From Octopus bimaculoides (taxonomy: Eukaryota): DNA of 52,653 nucleotides. The notes under the pieces were generated by a model. The model searched no databases. It saw only the letters and a program-made list of their open reading frames with translations, and was not told where the DNA came from. Both the position numbers and the translations under genes were made by a program. This document shows positions 35,348 through 49,572 of this stretch, piece by piece; within the stretch, counting starts at the first letter, position 1, and every line of letters begins with the position of its first letter. The DNA lies in contig NC_068992.1 of the NCBI RefSeq assembly GCF_001194135.2, positions 23,810,148 to 23,862,800 of the forward strand. The letters are read 5' to 3'.

Positions 35348-35479
35348 GCGGTATGGTAAAAATTATTTTAAAAATAGGACTTAGATGCAATAATCCTCAC
35401 TCAAGCACAGCTGCCAAGTTAAAAAAAAAAAAAAGTTTATCCTATGAGAAATAAATCACATGTTCATCGTTCTATTTCG

Positions 35480-35760
35480 TTTCTTGGTTTGGTTTCAAGA
35501 CAAACAAATTCCTGAAAACTCATTCATCTTTTCGTACTATGTAATTCAGGAAATTATTCCTCATTTATCAATGGCAAATTCACAGCTGGAATCTTGTAAT
35601 ACCAATCTTCGTATTCGCAGCAAATACTGCAAACGTGTCATTGGCTGAAGAATTGAACGAGTTAAATCGAATCCTTTCATTAAATATTCCAGCAACTGCT
35701 ATTTGTCTGCTATTTGTATCACCTAGATATTTCGTGGTATTCATTTTCTGCCATTATCAA
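35480..35760 (-). mobile_element. Very decayed LINE RT fragment (Dong-like?)
   Basis: Minus frames TTKYLGD and ANDTFAVFAANTKIGI loosely match the RT KYLG motif and the downstream region. Confidence 0.3.
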
Positions 35761-36149
35761 TAAGAAGATATTGTTAAAATGTATATTTAGTTATTCTTCT
35801 TCTATGTTTCGTCTCCCTCCGTGTTTGGAAATGTCATGAACGGAAACACATCTCCAGACTGTAAAAGCTACATTACAGGAATTTCAAAGAAGATCACATT
35901 TCAAAGATGTGTTTATATATTTGCGAAACAAATATAATCGAACGTGTTTGTGTCTTTAAATTAAAATCAATCTACTTTCTACACTTATATATCAATAAGA
36001 AATGAATTGGCGAAAATTCCTTCGTCGTTCACATTGGATCTATTAGGATGTGATAGGATTTAGCTATAATATAAATAAGCGCATAAATATCTAGCTAGGC
36101 CTATTGCTATATTACAAATTATCCCCAAAGCCATGTAAAACAAGGGTTA

Positions 36150-36430
36150 CGACTTTCCAGCCGTGTATCATATCCTGAAGCTTGTATATTTTATCGTGTG
36201 GTGCTGTTCTGCACTCGTGGTGCCTGGAGAGTGCTCATAATGAAAGACGGACCTTTATAGACATTCTTTCGAATTGAGTAGGTGTATTTTCTATATTGTT
36301 TTATGGCGTTGCTTTTGTATAGCATCTGGTCAACTTTCGACAAGTAGTCCAGTCACCCATGACCGTCTTGTCTTTTTGTATTTCAGACACCATTTTGTTG
36401 TACATGTTCTTGATTTTTAGACACGATGAA
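36150..36430 (-). mobile_element. Very decayed APE-endonuclease LINE fragment
   Basis: Minus frame IQKDKTVMGDW resembles the APE (I/V)MGD(F/W)N motif. The rest is broken. Confidence 0.3.
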
Positions 36431-36689
36431 ACTCCAGAGAGAAACACAGTTAGGTGTAACACTATAGCAATCGAGCAAAAATTTTCTCAAAATTCCTACT
36501 GTTTTGAAGAAAGAAAAAACATATTGCACTAGACACATAATACGTGTTCTTTACATATAATTTCTCGAAACATCGAGGTAACTTTCTATTTTATAACTTA
36601 TAACAGGCCTCACTTTATTTACAAACAAATTCCCTTCGGACAAAATTCATGTGTTTGTAAATATTGAACATAAACACAAATACAAGCGC

Positions 36690-36778
36690 ACGCACGTACA
36701 CACACACACACACACACACACAAACAAACACACACAGACACGTACACACACATCCATATTCACACACACACATACATT

Positions 36779-36822
<44 letters not shown>
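36690..36822. repeat. (CA)n microsatellite
   Basis: Direct inspection. Confidence 0.95.
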
Positions 36823-36825
<3 letters not shown>

Positions 36826-37189
36826 GTTTGCATTCATATAATTAAACTGGAAATTTCAAGAAAAGTATGGTAGTTTTGTTTGCGGAATTATTCAAACGTT
36901 TGATATGAAAATCTCCAATGCCTAATGAAACTGTCAGTTTCATCTGCAGTTTTGGCAAAATAATAAACGCTGACATTATGAACTCGTTATGAGGTAGCAT
37001 CTCGTGACTTAACAACGACGCTATCAACAACGCTCTGCGTTTGTCAGAAGTCTCAATGAGTTCAGCAGTAATTGTAAACATAATCGAAAATAGTTGCGTA
37101 GGGTCTCTTGTGGTGATAACATTAAAAGAGGTGCCAACTTAGTGTTTCAAAAATCAACATACATTTGTTTCTCAGAGTATATCTTTCGT

Positions 37190-37400
37190 CTTTTACTTCT
37201 TTCAGTCATTGGACTGCAGACAATTTCCGGCACCGCCTGGAAGGGTTTAATCAAACGAAACATCATAGTACTTATTTTGTAAGCCTTGCATTATTCTATC
37301 GTATTTTTTTTTTCAATTTGCTAGGTAAAAGGGACATAAACAAAGCAACACCCATTGTCAAATGATGGTGGAGAGATAAACAAAATAAAAAAACACTGAC
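37190..37400 (-). mobile_element. SINE family A, 3' half
   Basis: CTTTTACTTCTTTCAGTCATTGGACTGC..GCACCGCC..AGTACTTATT..GTAAGCC. Confidence 0.7.
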
Positions 37401-37404
37401 AAAT

Positions 37405-37701
37405 ACATACATACATACGTACACAATGCATACATACACACATATATAAATACATAATGCATACATACATACGCACACACATATATACATACATAAATAA
37501 TGCATTCATGGAAGCATATATACATAAATCATGCCTACATACATATATACACATATACATACATGAAGCATGCATACATACATACATACACACACGCATA
37601 CGTACATACACACATACATACATGCATACATACATACATACATACATACATGAAGCATGCATACATACATACACACACGCATACGTACATACATACATAC
37701 A
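37405..37701. repeat. (TACA)n compound microsatellite with ~60-bp higher-order duplication
   Basis: CATACATGAAGCATGCATACATACATACACACACGCATACGTACATAC occurs twice. Confidence 0.85.
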
Positions 37702-37868
37702 TTAGTCGATTAGATCGACCCAGTACACAACTGGTACTTAATTTATCGACCCCAAAGACAAGAATGGCAAAGTCGTCCTCGCCGGAATTTGAACTCAAAA
37801 CATAAAGACAGGCGAAATACCGCTAAGCATTTCGCCCGGCGTGCTAACGTTTCTGTCAGTTCGCCGCC
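37702..37868 (-). mobile_element. SINE family B, well preserved
   Basis: GGAATTTGAACTC..GCTAAGCATTTCGCCCGGCGTGCTAACGTTTCTGTCAGTTCGCCGCC. Confidence 0.9.
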
Positions 37869-37893
37869 TAGTAATAATAATAATAATATTAAT

Positions 37894-38471
<578 letters not shown>

Positions 38472-38544
38472 CTATTCTATTATAGACACAATGCACGAAA
38501 GTTTTAGAAATGGGACCTAGCCTATTACATAGACTTTAATACTC

Positions 38545-39005
38545 AATTGGTATTTGTTATGCTCACTGCAAAAGGATGGTTAAATGATAAACTTCTGGAA
38601 AGTTTTACTGTTCCAGTGATGGTTTGCGTCTATAGTCTTCGAAGTAGCTTTCTCCTTTTTGGTTTTGACAAGCCTAATTTCTCAAAATTGTTATTTAGGC
38701 AGTGTGTTACATATCCCAGGGCCCCAATAAATACATGTATATACCTAAACTTGTAATCTGGATAGAGAAATTGCAGATTTCGTAATAGTTCAGCGTAGCT
38801 ATTCTCTTTTCCACTGATCTTCAGCATTATGTTAACATCCGCTGGACAACTAATTTCCACAACTGTGCACAGTTTCCCTTCATTATATCAGATCCGTTGT
38901 GCTTACATTTTATTGAAGTTTTCACTGGTACATTCTACCAGTATTCTTTAATATTATGAGCAGCTATGGCTTCTACCATATCGTGGGTTCTTATTTCTTT
39001 GTTCT
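38545..39005 (-). mobile_element. RLE-type (R4/Dong-like) LINE, family 1 fragment
   Basis: KEYW*NVPVKTSIKCKHN..VEISCPADVNIMLKISGKENSYAELLRNLQFLYPDYKFRYIHVFIGALGYVTHCL, close to 4072-4410. Confidence 0.88.
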
Positions 39006-39979
39006 AGGGATTATCCTTCCGACGGATTTCATTATAAAGTTTCCTGTATGTATATATATGTATATATGTAACAAAAAGAAAACGCCGACGTACGCATATA
39101 CCAATAACAAATACACACATATGTAGGTATGTGTGTGCGTGTGTGTTTGTGTGTATGTGTGTGTGTGTGTGCGTGCGCGCGCGCATGCGTGCGCGTGCAT
39201 ATTTTTATTATCGGCGTATGCATACTTGGTCGTTTTGTTTTTGTGAGCAAACAGCTGCGTGCAACTGTTGATATCATTATTGATATATTGTTTAGCGTTC
39301 ACCTCCATGGTGTCACAGCATGGCCGCCGTTCTCGAAATGAAGCTAATAAAGAATATAAACACATTATATATAAATATGTATACACACACACACACACAC
39401 ACACATAAAGACGTGAGAGCACACATGCATATTTCGAAAATATATGTTCATGATAGCACCTGTTTGTGTGCCTATGAGCATATGTATATATATATATACA
39501 TATGTTTATTTGCTGATATCTACAAGGAAAACGTGCGGTTCTTTTGAATAAAACGATATTCGTGTTACTTAAAATGCGTTCGGGCTTCCCATCAATCATT
39601 TCCAACCCTCTGCAATAGAAAAATGCAACGAACCTTTGATAAGTTCATAAGAATGCTACAACAAACAACTTTGTTATTCACTAAATGGAATATTTAATGA
39701 AACTGTAAATAACAGCTAACTTCACAAAGTGCGTTTCTGGTGCTTCGTGGAGTGAATATAAATCGCTTTAGAGAAATTCCCAAGAACATTATTAGGCTTT
39801 CTATTACTGGATCATTGTGTTACAACAACAGACGGTCAGAATAACCTAACGTGTATGATGGATTCATGGAAAATATATCCTTCGAATCTAAGGATTGAAC
39901 AAGACGCTAAATATGGTCCGCTGTTTCACGTTATCATTCTGCATGAGATATGTTAAGGCAAGCGTTGTGAAAAGGTATC

Positions 39980-40075
39980 AGCCATACCTTCTTTGCAACT
40001 ACGTGGCTTCCGATGCAGTTCCACTGTGTGGTACATTGGATAAATGCCTTATCCTATTACTCCAGACTGACTAAT
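39980..40075 (+). mobile_element. SINE family A, 5' fragment
   Basis: TTTGCAACTACGTGG..GTTCCACTGTGTGGTACATTGG. Confidence 0.5.
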
Positions 40076-40446
40076 GTTCCAGGGGGGCCACAATCCTATC
40101 ACAGACACAAGTAAAAATGATAACAGGTGATATATGTATAATACATATATACATACATACATATATACACACACATATATATACATATATATGTATATAT
40201 GTTCGTATGTGTGTACTCTCCAAAATGAGTAGGTGGAGCAGGTAAAGTTTCACACTACAAATTCTTCCTAGATAGCAGATTCTCTGATGTGATATTTACT
40301 CAGCGAGCTAGGTATTCATCTAGCCGAAGAAACCCTAATTATATGAAGGTTAAATTGATGTTTAGAAACCCCAGGTTTCCTTGCCGAAGATACAATTTGA
40401 AATGGACAGCTAGAAGATGACGATCTCTCTACAGATAGATCCCTAG

Positions 40447-41060
40447 ATTGTGTAACTGGTTGTGTGTGTGTGTGAAATGTAACGTGTCTGGAATGGCACA
40501 ACAATGCAGAATGGGCTATAATAACTGTTATAAATAATTTAATTATTCATAGTTTAATATAATATTTCGTAATATATAAATTCCGTCTCCACATAATACT
40601 AGTAAGTAACAGTGTCATTGCTATAGTCGGTTTCCAACGGTTACTGAAATTTGTCGCAGGTGTCCTTGCAGTGGTCTCGCGAGACTCCTTCCGGAATTCC
40701 TCATGAGAAGTGCGTGACAGAGGTCTCGAGATCGTGTGTGTTGGCATATCCGCAGACTAGGGCCCCAAATTAACAATAGGTTGGAAATTAGCAATCATTA
40801 TATTATTTAGCAACATTGACACCCTGCACACACGATGGTAACATGCTCATGTAACAAAGCATTATCCTTGTATTTGTTTCAGTTATTTGACTGCGTCCAT
40901 GCTGGAGCATCACCTTTAGTCTAACACATCGAACCCAGGACATTCAGTGCAAGCCCAGCACCCACCACATCGGTTTCCTCTACCGAAACACCAAGCCACG
41001 GGAACGCAAACACACCAAGATTGTTCGCCAAGCGACGTCGACGGGATATACATAGACACA

Positions 41061-41099
<39 letters not shown>

Positions 41100-41585
41100 T
41101 ACGGTCTTCTTTCAATTTCTGTCAAACAAATCCATCACAAGGCTTCGGTCGGCCCGAGGCAATAGTAGAAGACACATGCCCAAGATGCCAGGCAGTGGGT
41201 TTGACCTCGGAATCATATGGTTGGTAAGCAAGCTACCTACCACATACCCACTCCTATACTACATAACTTGGAAGCAACGCTGCATATATGCCAACACACA
41301 CGAGCCCGAGACGACATGACCGCCTTTACGGACTTCTCATGAGGAATTTCGGAATTGTTTCGAAAGAACACTGCAAGGACGCCTGCGACAAATTGCAGTA
41401 ACCTCTGGAAAACCGACGATAGCAATGACTCCATTACTTCCTAGCATTATCGGAAGAAGGAATTTTAATCTTCCAAAATATTATATTAAACTATGAATAA
41501 TTAAATTATTTATAACAGTTATTATAGTCCATTCTGCATTGCTATTCCATTCCAGACACGTTATATTTCACAGACAATACACAAT
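40447..41585. mobile_element. Foldback element with ~305-bp inverted arms (40447-40754, 41281-41585) and a SINE inserted in the spacer
   Basis: Arms align end to end. For example AATGCAGAATGG(G/A)CTATAATAACTGTTATAAATAATTTAATTATTCATAGTTTAATATAATATT has one mismatch. Confidence 0.85.
40867..41259 (-). mobile_element. SINE family A, full length, nested in the foldback spacer
   Basis: Minus head GTATAGGAGTGGGTATGTGGTAGGTAGCTTGCTTACCAACC..GGTCAAACCC (A/B-box-like), internal (AT)n, and 3' CCATGCTGGAGCA. Confidence 0.88.
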
Positions 41586-41624
41586 GCATGCTTCAAGCGA
41601 ACTACGATACCATCATATATATAT

Positions 41625-42550
41625 NNNNNNNNNNNNNNNNNNNNNNNNNNNNNNNNNNNNNNNNNNNNNNNNNNNNNNNNNNNNNNNNNNNNNNNNNNNN
41701 NNNNNNNNNNNNNNNNNNNNNNNNNNNNNNNNNNNNNNNNNNNNNNNNNNNNNNNNNNNNNNNNNNNNNNNNNNNNNNNNNNNNNNNNNNNNNNNNNNNN
41801 NNNNNNNNNNNNNNNNNNNNNNNNNNNNNNNNNNNNNNNNNNNNNNNNNNNNNNNNNNNNNNNNNNNNNNNNNNNNNNNNNNNNNNNNNNNNNNNNNNNN
41901 NNNNNNNNNNNNNNNNNNNNNNNNNNNNNNNNNNNNNNNNNNNNNNNNNNNNNNNNNNNNNNNNNNNNNNNNNNNNNNNNNNNNNNNNNNNNNNNNNNNN
42001 NNNNNNNNNNNNNNNNNNNNNNNNNNNNNNNNNNNNNNNNNNNNNNNNNNNNNNNNNNNNNNNNNNNNNNNNNNNNNNNNNNNNNNNNNNNNNNNNNNNN
42101 NNNNNNNNNNNNNNNNNNNNNNNNNNNNNNNNNNNNNNNNNNNNNNNNNNNNNNNNNNNNNNNNNNNNNNNNNNNNNNNNNNNNNNNNNNNNNNNNNNNN
42201 NNNNNNNNNNNNNNNNNNNNNNNNNNNNNNNNNNNNNNNNNNNNNNNNNNNNNNNNNNNNNNNNNNNNNNNNNNNNNNNNNNNNNNNNNNNNNNNNNNNN
42301 NNNNNNNNNNNNNNNNNNNNNNNNNNNNNNNNNNNNNNNNNNNNNNNNNNNNNNNNNNNNNNNNNNNNNNNNNNNNNNNNNNNNNNNNNNNNNNNNNNNN
42401 NNNNNNNNNNNNNNNNNNNNNNNNNNNNNNNNNNNNNNNNNNNNNNNNNNNNNNNNNNNNNNNNNNNNNNNNNNNNNNNNNNNNNNNNNNNNNNNNNNNN
42501 NNNNNNNNNNNNNNNNNNNNNNNNNNNNNNNNNNNNNNNNNNNNNNNNNN
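41625..42550. other. Assembly gap (N run)
   Basis: N run. Confidence 1.
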
Positions 42551-43586
42551 NAAACCCAGTCCCCCACTTCATTGTTCTATGTTGGTTTTTGTTTTTGTAT
42601 ACCATTCGATTTAAACCGATTTTCATTGTAATTTTTAATTGCTAAATTTTTATTTTACGTCGATTTTATTGTGTAACCATATTTTTATTTGACCTCAAAT
42701 CAGATGTATTGTCCCTTCTATCTTTCGCCCCTTGTGGGTAATAAAGAAATCAATTTTTTTGAATGGTGGCGTCGTTGATGTCGGTGTGTCTTTTTTTACC
42801 ATGAAGAAGGGGTTATCACCAATGTGTGCTCTATTGTGCATTAAATACGGTGATATACACCCGAAATGGCCATAAGTGTTCTGTGTTTGTGTTCCACCTA
42901 TACTCGTAATCCACTGTAAATGATGTTTATGGTTTGACTTTACTGATGTTACCTGCGGAATGGTGAAATATGGATTTTACTTTGCCACACTTTGGATGTT
43001 CTGTTGTTGTTTTGTCCCGTGCGCTTCGGTATTCCTGTTTATGAAATAGGATTTTACCTACTAAATTTGCTGTCATGAGGCAGGTAGTTGAACTTTCGTA
43101 CTATTATTCTTGAACTTTTTTTTTTGGCTATTGGCCTCAGCGAATGAACTGTTGTGCTACGTCTCCCTATGTATTATTTTTTTCTCTAAATTTTTTTTCT
43201 CTATATTTTTTTTCTCTTTATTTTTTTTCTCTATATTTTTTCTATATATATATATATTTATTCTACTGTATTTGTACCAGTCTCTAATATTTTTAATCAA
43301 TTTTTAATCGCTGTTTATTTATTTATATTATTCTATTGTATTTTTAATCGGTTTTTATTCTTATGTAAAAAAATTTTGACCTATCTTTACTAATTTGGTT
43401 TTTGTGGTCTATGTTGTACTTCTTATATGTGGTCATTGGTGGGCTACGGCTTTTCGAGTCGATGACCTAACGGTTTTATTCTGCAATTAACTTTGTACCT
43501 ATGTCTCAACTAGTTTGAGCACTTCCTTTACAGCCTTGTATAAATTCCTGGTTTTCTAATACAAAACCGTTAATATTGAATAATTA

Positions 43587-43652
43587 NNNNNNNNNNNNNN
43601 NNNNNNNNNNNNNNNNNNNNNNNNNNNNNNNNNNNNNNNNNNNNNNNNNNNN
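43587..43652. other. Assembly gap (N run)
   Basis: N run. Confidence 1.
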
Positions 43653-43701
43653 TGTGTGTGTGTTTGTGTGTGTGTGTGGGTGTGTGTGTGTGTGTGTGTG
43701 A

Positions 43702-43738
<37 letters not shown>

Positions 43739-45199
43739 CATTGGATGTTCAAGCACAGAAAACAGTAAATGATAGCATACAAATATAGGATTGAAAAGCC
43801 ATTTTTGAATGTAAACAGTTGAAGGCTACCACTATTTACATGTTATTACACAGGAATACGGGATGGAACTTTTTGAAAATTTCTTTGATAATTGTATGTT
43901 ACATTATATACTTCCGTGGCGCTAATACGAAACATCAAAAAATCTCTGGAACTCTTTCGCTTGTGCACATTTGAAAGACCTGCATGATGCATTATGATAA
44001 GGTATGTAGTAGTCGGTCGTCATATTGACACTCCGTCATATTGACAATCCATCGTCCTCTATCTTTTGATATAACTTTTTCCAGGTTTCCAATTCACATT
44101 ACCCAGATTTTCCGGAAAGAAATCCGGACGGGCACGAAAGACGTGAACTTTTATGCTCATTTATCATCCTAAGACTTCGAAATGTTCCAGCATTCTTCAC
44201 ACTACATCCTTGTTGTTTGGATCCTAGTCATTACAGTTCTTCCTCAAATCTTTAAAACTGGTCCGTGCATGTTTTTTCAGAACCCCTAAGAGAGATTTCA
44301 AAATGTTTATCCCTGACGAGTTTCCTTATATCTGATCCTACATATATACCCTCTTCAAGCCTGCCGTCTGATAGAACAAGTTACTTGATATGCAAATATA
44401 TGAAGCCTATTCCATCCTATGGTAAAGATTTTACGAAGTGCTTCAAGTTTTATAGAGGAAACTACTTGAAATATAAATATTTATGTAAATTGATACATAT
44501 ATAATAAAACTTCAGTGTAATTTTGATAAATTGCTTAAACAATGATTATGATGTCTGCGGAGGTGACGTTGGCGGTCTTGTATGTTTTTGTATGTGTTCG
44601 TGCTTGTGTAGGTGTTGTGCACCTTTGCTCCTTTTACAAGTCCCTGGAGGGCTAATGAGAGCCCAATGGTAGCTCGAACGCGTTGTGAATTAGAAGGCTT
44701 CAGATAGTTAAGTAGTTGTAATAACCGAAGTGAATACTAACACGACACCGTTTCTGTTTCCACACTTCAACTGGTTGTAGGTTTATCGGATTTTTTTTTC
44801 TGCTCTAACAATTGCATAAAAAATAATAATTTTCTTCCAATTGTCTGGAAGGCTCTTTTCATCATGAAAAAGCTTAATATCACTTTTAGCCATAAACCGA
44901 GCTCTAGAATTAGAAACATAAAACGGATCCAGCTGAATTCTTATTTAGTATTTGTTTTCCTTCAGATAGATTAGTTTGGATTACTCCATATTTATGTAAT
45001 TCGATGGCTTTCAGACCAAAACATTGATTCAATGGCAATGAAAGCCGTATTTAAGATGATACCACTGAAATTAGAGACAAATTTGGGATTGTGCTATAAT
45101 TGATAACAAGCTTCGGATTATAATTTTCTGATGAAACCTCTCTACGTTTTAGTCACAGATAATTAGGACATGTTAGCTGACGTGTTTTCCATACTTCAG

Positions 45200-45560
45200 C
45201 AAAAAGCTTTGAACTGTTACTCCTGGAAGGCTTTTAATCTTCGAGTAAGCATCAACAACATCCAGAACAATAACAGTTTGAACTCATAACGATGATTACC
45301 TCCTCAAAATGTGGTATAAGTGTTCATCCCATTACGTATTCCTTTTGAAGAGACGTATCTCACAGACCATTGCTCATATCGCAGGAAACATACACATTTT
45401 AAAGAATACTCTTCTCTTACGTTTTAACATCGCAGTCGGAGTTTCATTCTCTTCAGCGCCCATACTACATTTAGGCGCTTTAATCACTGCTGTGATTACA
45501 ACCTTTCTGAGTATTAATTACCCCAATATGCACCTCATGTCAACCAGAATATTTTATTGC
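45200..45560 (-). mobile_element. Possible very decayed RTE-like fragment
   Basis: Minus frames KRRVFFKMCMFPAI..CE and TRRLKAFQ loosely match the RTE C-terminal region. Confidence 0.3.
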
Positions 45561-45659
45561 TAGTGGATTTAGGATTTCAGCTAAATATTCTTTCCACCTG
45601 TCGAGAAAGTTTTACCCTGTTTCCAGAAGAAACGTAACAGAGTGCTCATGCACTGTCTT

Positions 45660-46542
45660 GGTATGTACAGTCTTTGTGGAAGCGGTATCACGCTCGATGG
45701 ATGTAGGATAATTTTGCTGATATGTATAGACAACATGGTACCATTTGGTGCATCAGAAAGTGATCTTCTCCAAATTGCATTATATAGACTTGCTTCCGAG
45801 AGCAGCAAGAAAGAGGTACAAGTTAGCATTGCAATGATTGAGACACTGGTCCTCTCCAGAAATTACCAGAGCATTCTGAGAGTTAGTGGAACATCGCTGA
45901 GACAGGTGGAGCAGTTTACGTGTCTCGCAGTCGGGTTCGTGTCTCGAGTAATGAGAAGGTTGCCAGAAAGCTGACTTGGATGCAAGAACTGTACTTGCTT
46001 CAACATTTGTTTCTCAGAAGGGAAGAGCGAAACTTGCTATGTTCAATAAAATTTTCGTGCCTGTCCTCAACTATTAGCAACTATTAGCATTACTGTTGAG
46101 TAATGACCGAAAGTGTACGATCTCGAACACATTCGCTCAAAATTGTCTTACTCCAAAGGATCTCTGCAATGGCGCTGATCGATAGGGTGCGAAACTTAGA
46201 GATCAGGAAGTCTGTCCAGGTCGAGCTGCTATTTCTCCACATTGAGAAGTCATGACGCTGGTACTTTGGTCATATGATTACACCGTCACAGGAAAGAACC
46301 ACACGACAGATTCTTCAAGTCAAGCCATCCGGCAGGAGACCGAGGATTAAACCATGAACGAGATTTGGATAATATCCATAGTCTCAGCAAGAAAGTGCAA
46401 TGAGGTTTGAATCTAAAAGAACTCCATGGAAGGACCCCATGATGTCCGTTGAGGTCAGTTGAGTCTCTAACTTCACAACCGTTCCAGGAATAGTGAGAGG
46501 AGAAGATGGATGCAGAGATGAATGGATGGATGCATGAATGAA
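45660..46542 (+). mobile_element. RTE-clade (Rex3/Expander-like) LINE 3' fragment with GGAT/GAAT tail
   Basis: GITLDGCRIILLICIDNMVPFGASESDLLQIALYRLASE..LRVSGTSLRQVEQFTCL (decayed YADD and KYLG regions). Downstream DRVRN.EIR, RW.FGH and GRRPR-like remnants. Tail GATGGATG..GAATG. Confidence 0.82.
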
Positions 46543-46853
46543 AGACTTCCTTAGAAATTAGCTTGATTATTGAATGATCTGCAGACATATACAGCATCAC
46601 TCAATTCCTTAGCTATATTTCCACTCTTGTAACTGTTATAAAAGAAAATAGGTTAGGCTTAGTTACATTCAGAGACACAAATCGTGGTTTGACAGTATTA
46701 ACAAATGGTGATACTCCACTGAATAAATGCAACATAGTTAAAACAGATGGATCACCTAAGATATTGAAGAAAATACACGATAAATGGCACTAAGTGAAAC
46801 CAACCCAAGGTTTCCAAAGTATCCATTACATTATTCATCATTAACGATTAATA

Positions 46854-47057
46854 AGGTGGTAATCTGGCGGAATCGCTAGCACGTGAGGCGAAATGCTTGG
46901 CGGTATTTCGTCCGTCTTCACGTTCCGAATTCTAGGTTGACTTTGCCTTTCATCCTTCGGGATCGATAAAATAAGTACCATTTGAGAAATGGGGTCGATG
47001 TAATCGAATTTCCCCCTACCCTAAATTTCACACCTTGTGCCTTTAATAGAAAGGATC
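46854..47057 (+). mobile_element. SINE family B
   Basis: CTGGCGGAATCGCTAGCACGTGAGGCGAAATGC..GACTTTGCCTTTCATCC..TAGAAAGGAT. Confidence 0.85.
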
Positions 47058-48699
47058 ATTTATCATTACTACAGTGTATCGGAATACCTCGAGTATGATG
47101 TTATAGAGTCTGTAATTAGTTGGAAATTGTTAATCTCACTGCATAAATCAAAAGAATTTGGTTTCAAGAACCTTACTGGATAATTGATATGTAATAAGAC
47201 AGCAGAGCCTCATTGTATTAGAATATCAGTGATATCATGAGTATGTTTGTGGAGCTCATTAAGCCAAATATGGCTTCTTTTCACGAAAAGAAGGGATTCC
47301 ATCATCAGCTGGAGAAGGATGAATTGATTCACGATTAAATGATATTTCCTGCTTATATACTTAATTTTCCGCACGATATTTCGTGGTATGGAAATGTCTG
47401 TGAGTAATTTCGGACAATTTTCGATCTTCCGTATAAGATGACGCTTTAAAATTTAATATAAACATATTGTCAAGAAACACCAGAACCTTAAGGTATTTCC
47501 GCAATCTCAATTAGGGAATAATGAAATCGAAATAAATGACCTAAACAAATGATAGAATACAGAAATAAGTTAGAAAGACATCTAATTTCTTGAGCAGATT
47601 TGATGATTTGTAGAAGCTGAAGTCCTGCATTTCCTTTGTTGTAATTCTATGAAGAAAAAAAAAAAGGGTTTCTTCACTGCTCGAAGAACTAACTGCAAAA
47701 TGGTCTGTTCTACAAATAGAACTGATGATCAGATGTCCTAGTTTTTACTCGAATTCTGTAAATAAGTTCTAAAAGACTAATATCATGTAGTGTAGAAAAT
47801 TCATCTCAATGTTTCACATATCATTCTGGTTTAATATCCACTGTTGTAATGAAGTTTATGAAGAGATGTACCGTGCAATTCTTACGAAGAAATACATGAC
47901 GGCACTATTCCTTACTGTTTCCAAAGAACACCATCTGGATTTTCACTGGGACAACTCTACAAGAAGTACATAGCAGCTTTAGTAGAATAGCAATTATTTC
48001 ATTGCCCGTTTATCATGAAATATTATGACATTGCAATTTTTGTGATATCTCAAATTCTATTGGTACTTCTTTTACGATATCTCAGATTTTAAGAAATTCC
48101 ATTAAGACATCTCACATTTTATTGGTACTTCTTTTCCGTATTTTATTGATTTGCTGGTCTTACGTATTTGGTTTCATATTTAGTTAGGCACAAACACACA
48201 CACACACATTTTTTCGTTTCGTTATACTTCTGACTATCAAATTTTATTTTACTGAAACAAAATTTTAGTAACATCTGTTTATTCTCAGATTTAACGGCAT
48301 GTCGTTAACTTATGAAATACGTTGAATATAGTTAAAACAACTATTAGTTACAATTTTCAAAAGATCTAGTGTGTATATATATATACACATGTAGTTGAAA
48401 TTTCTATAAGTAAGACAATTTGCTGCTAAAACTTTAATACTTGAATAAAGATTACAGTAGCATACATTTCAAAAAAAACATTTATATAAAATTGTTTCTT
48501 ACAAAATATAAAAAAATAAATGTTTGAGAATATGTAAAGTTAGTTCATATTTTGTGGGTTTGAAATATTTGTAGCTTATATTTGTAGCTTAGGGTAAGCA
48601 AAGTTTGGCACCACATACATACACACATGCGCGAGCGGTTATATCATTATATATACACATATATGTGGTATAAGTAGAACTGTTTGTAAGTATATATAT

Positions 48700-48752
<53 letters not shown>

Positions 48753-49572
48753 NNNNNNNNNNNNNNNNNNNNNNNNNNNNNNNNNNNNNNNNNNNNNNNN
48801 NNNNNNNNNNNNNNNNNNNNNNNNNNNNNNNNNNNNNNNNNNNNNNNNNNNNNNNNNNNNNNNNNNNNNNNNNNNNNNNNNNNNNNNNNNNNNNNNNNNN
48901 NNNNNNNNNNNNNNNNNNNNNNNNNNNNNNNNNNNNNNNNNNNNNNNNNNNNNNNNNNNNNNNNNNNNNNNNNNNNNNNNNNNNNNNNNNNNNNNNNNNN
49001 NNNNNNNNNNNNNNNNNNNNNNNNNNNNNNNNNNNNNNNNNNNNNNNNNNNNNNNNNNNNNNNNNNNNNNNNNNNNNNNNNNNNNNNNNNNNNNNNNNNN
49101 NNNNNNNNNNNNNNNNNNNNNNNNNNNNNNNNNNNNNNNNNNNNNNNNNNNNNNNNNNNNNNNNNNNNNNNNNNNNNNNNNNNNNNNNNNNNNNNNNNNN
49201 NNNNNNNNNNNNNNNNNNNNNNNNNNNNNNNNNNNNNNNNNNNNNNNNNNNNNNNNNNNNNNNNNNNNNNNNNNNNNNNNNNNNNNNNNNNNNNNNNNNN
49301 NNNNNNNNNNNNNNNNNNNNNNNNNNNNNNNNNNNNNNNNNNNNNNNNNNNNNNNNNNNNNNNNNNNNNNNNNNNNNNNNNNNNNNNNNNNNNNNNNNNN
49401 NNNNNNNNNNNNNNNNNNNNNNNNNNNNNNNNNNNNNNNNNNNNNNNNNNNNNNNNNNNNNNNNNNNNNNNNNNNNNNNNNNNNNNNNNNNNNNNNNNNN
49501 NNNNNNNNNNNNNNNNNNNNNNNNNNNNNNNNNNNNNNNNNNNNNNNNNNNNNNNNNNNNNNNNNNNNNNNN
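48753..49572. other. Assembly gap (N run)
   Basis: N run. Confidence 1.

Noticed and set aside
39740-39830. Possible CR1-type GIPQGS.LGP RT motif relic
   Set aside because: Needs several frameshifts; similarity too weak by eye.
42760-43110. Possible Penelope RT/GIY-YIG relic on minus (NYLPHDS, TCLMTANLV)
   Set aside because: Motifs lie in different frames and no YIG motif was found.
43430-43480. GGTCAT..ATGACC hairpin with TCGAAAA on minus, hammerhead-like
   Set aside because: The core would need four substitutions and there is no stem I.
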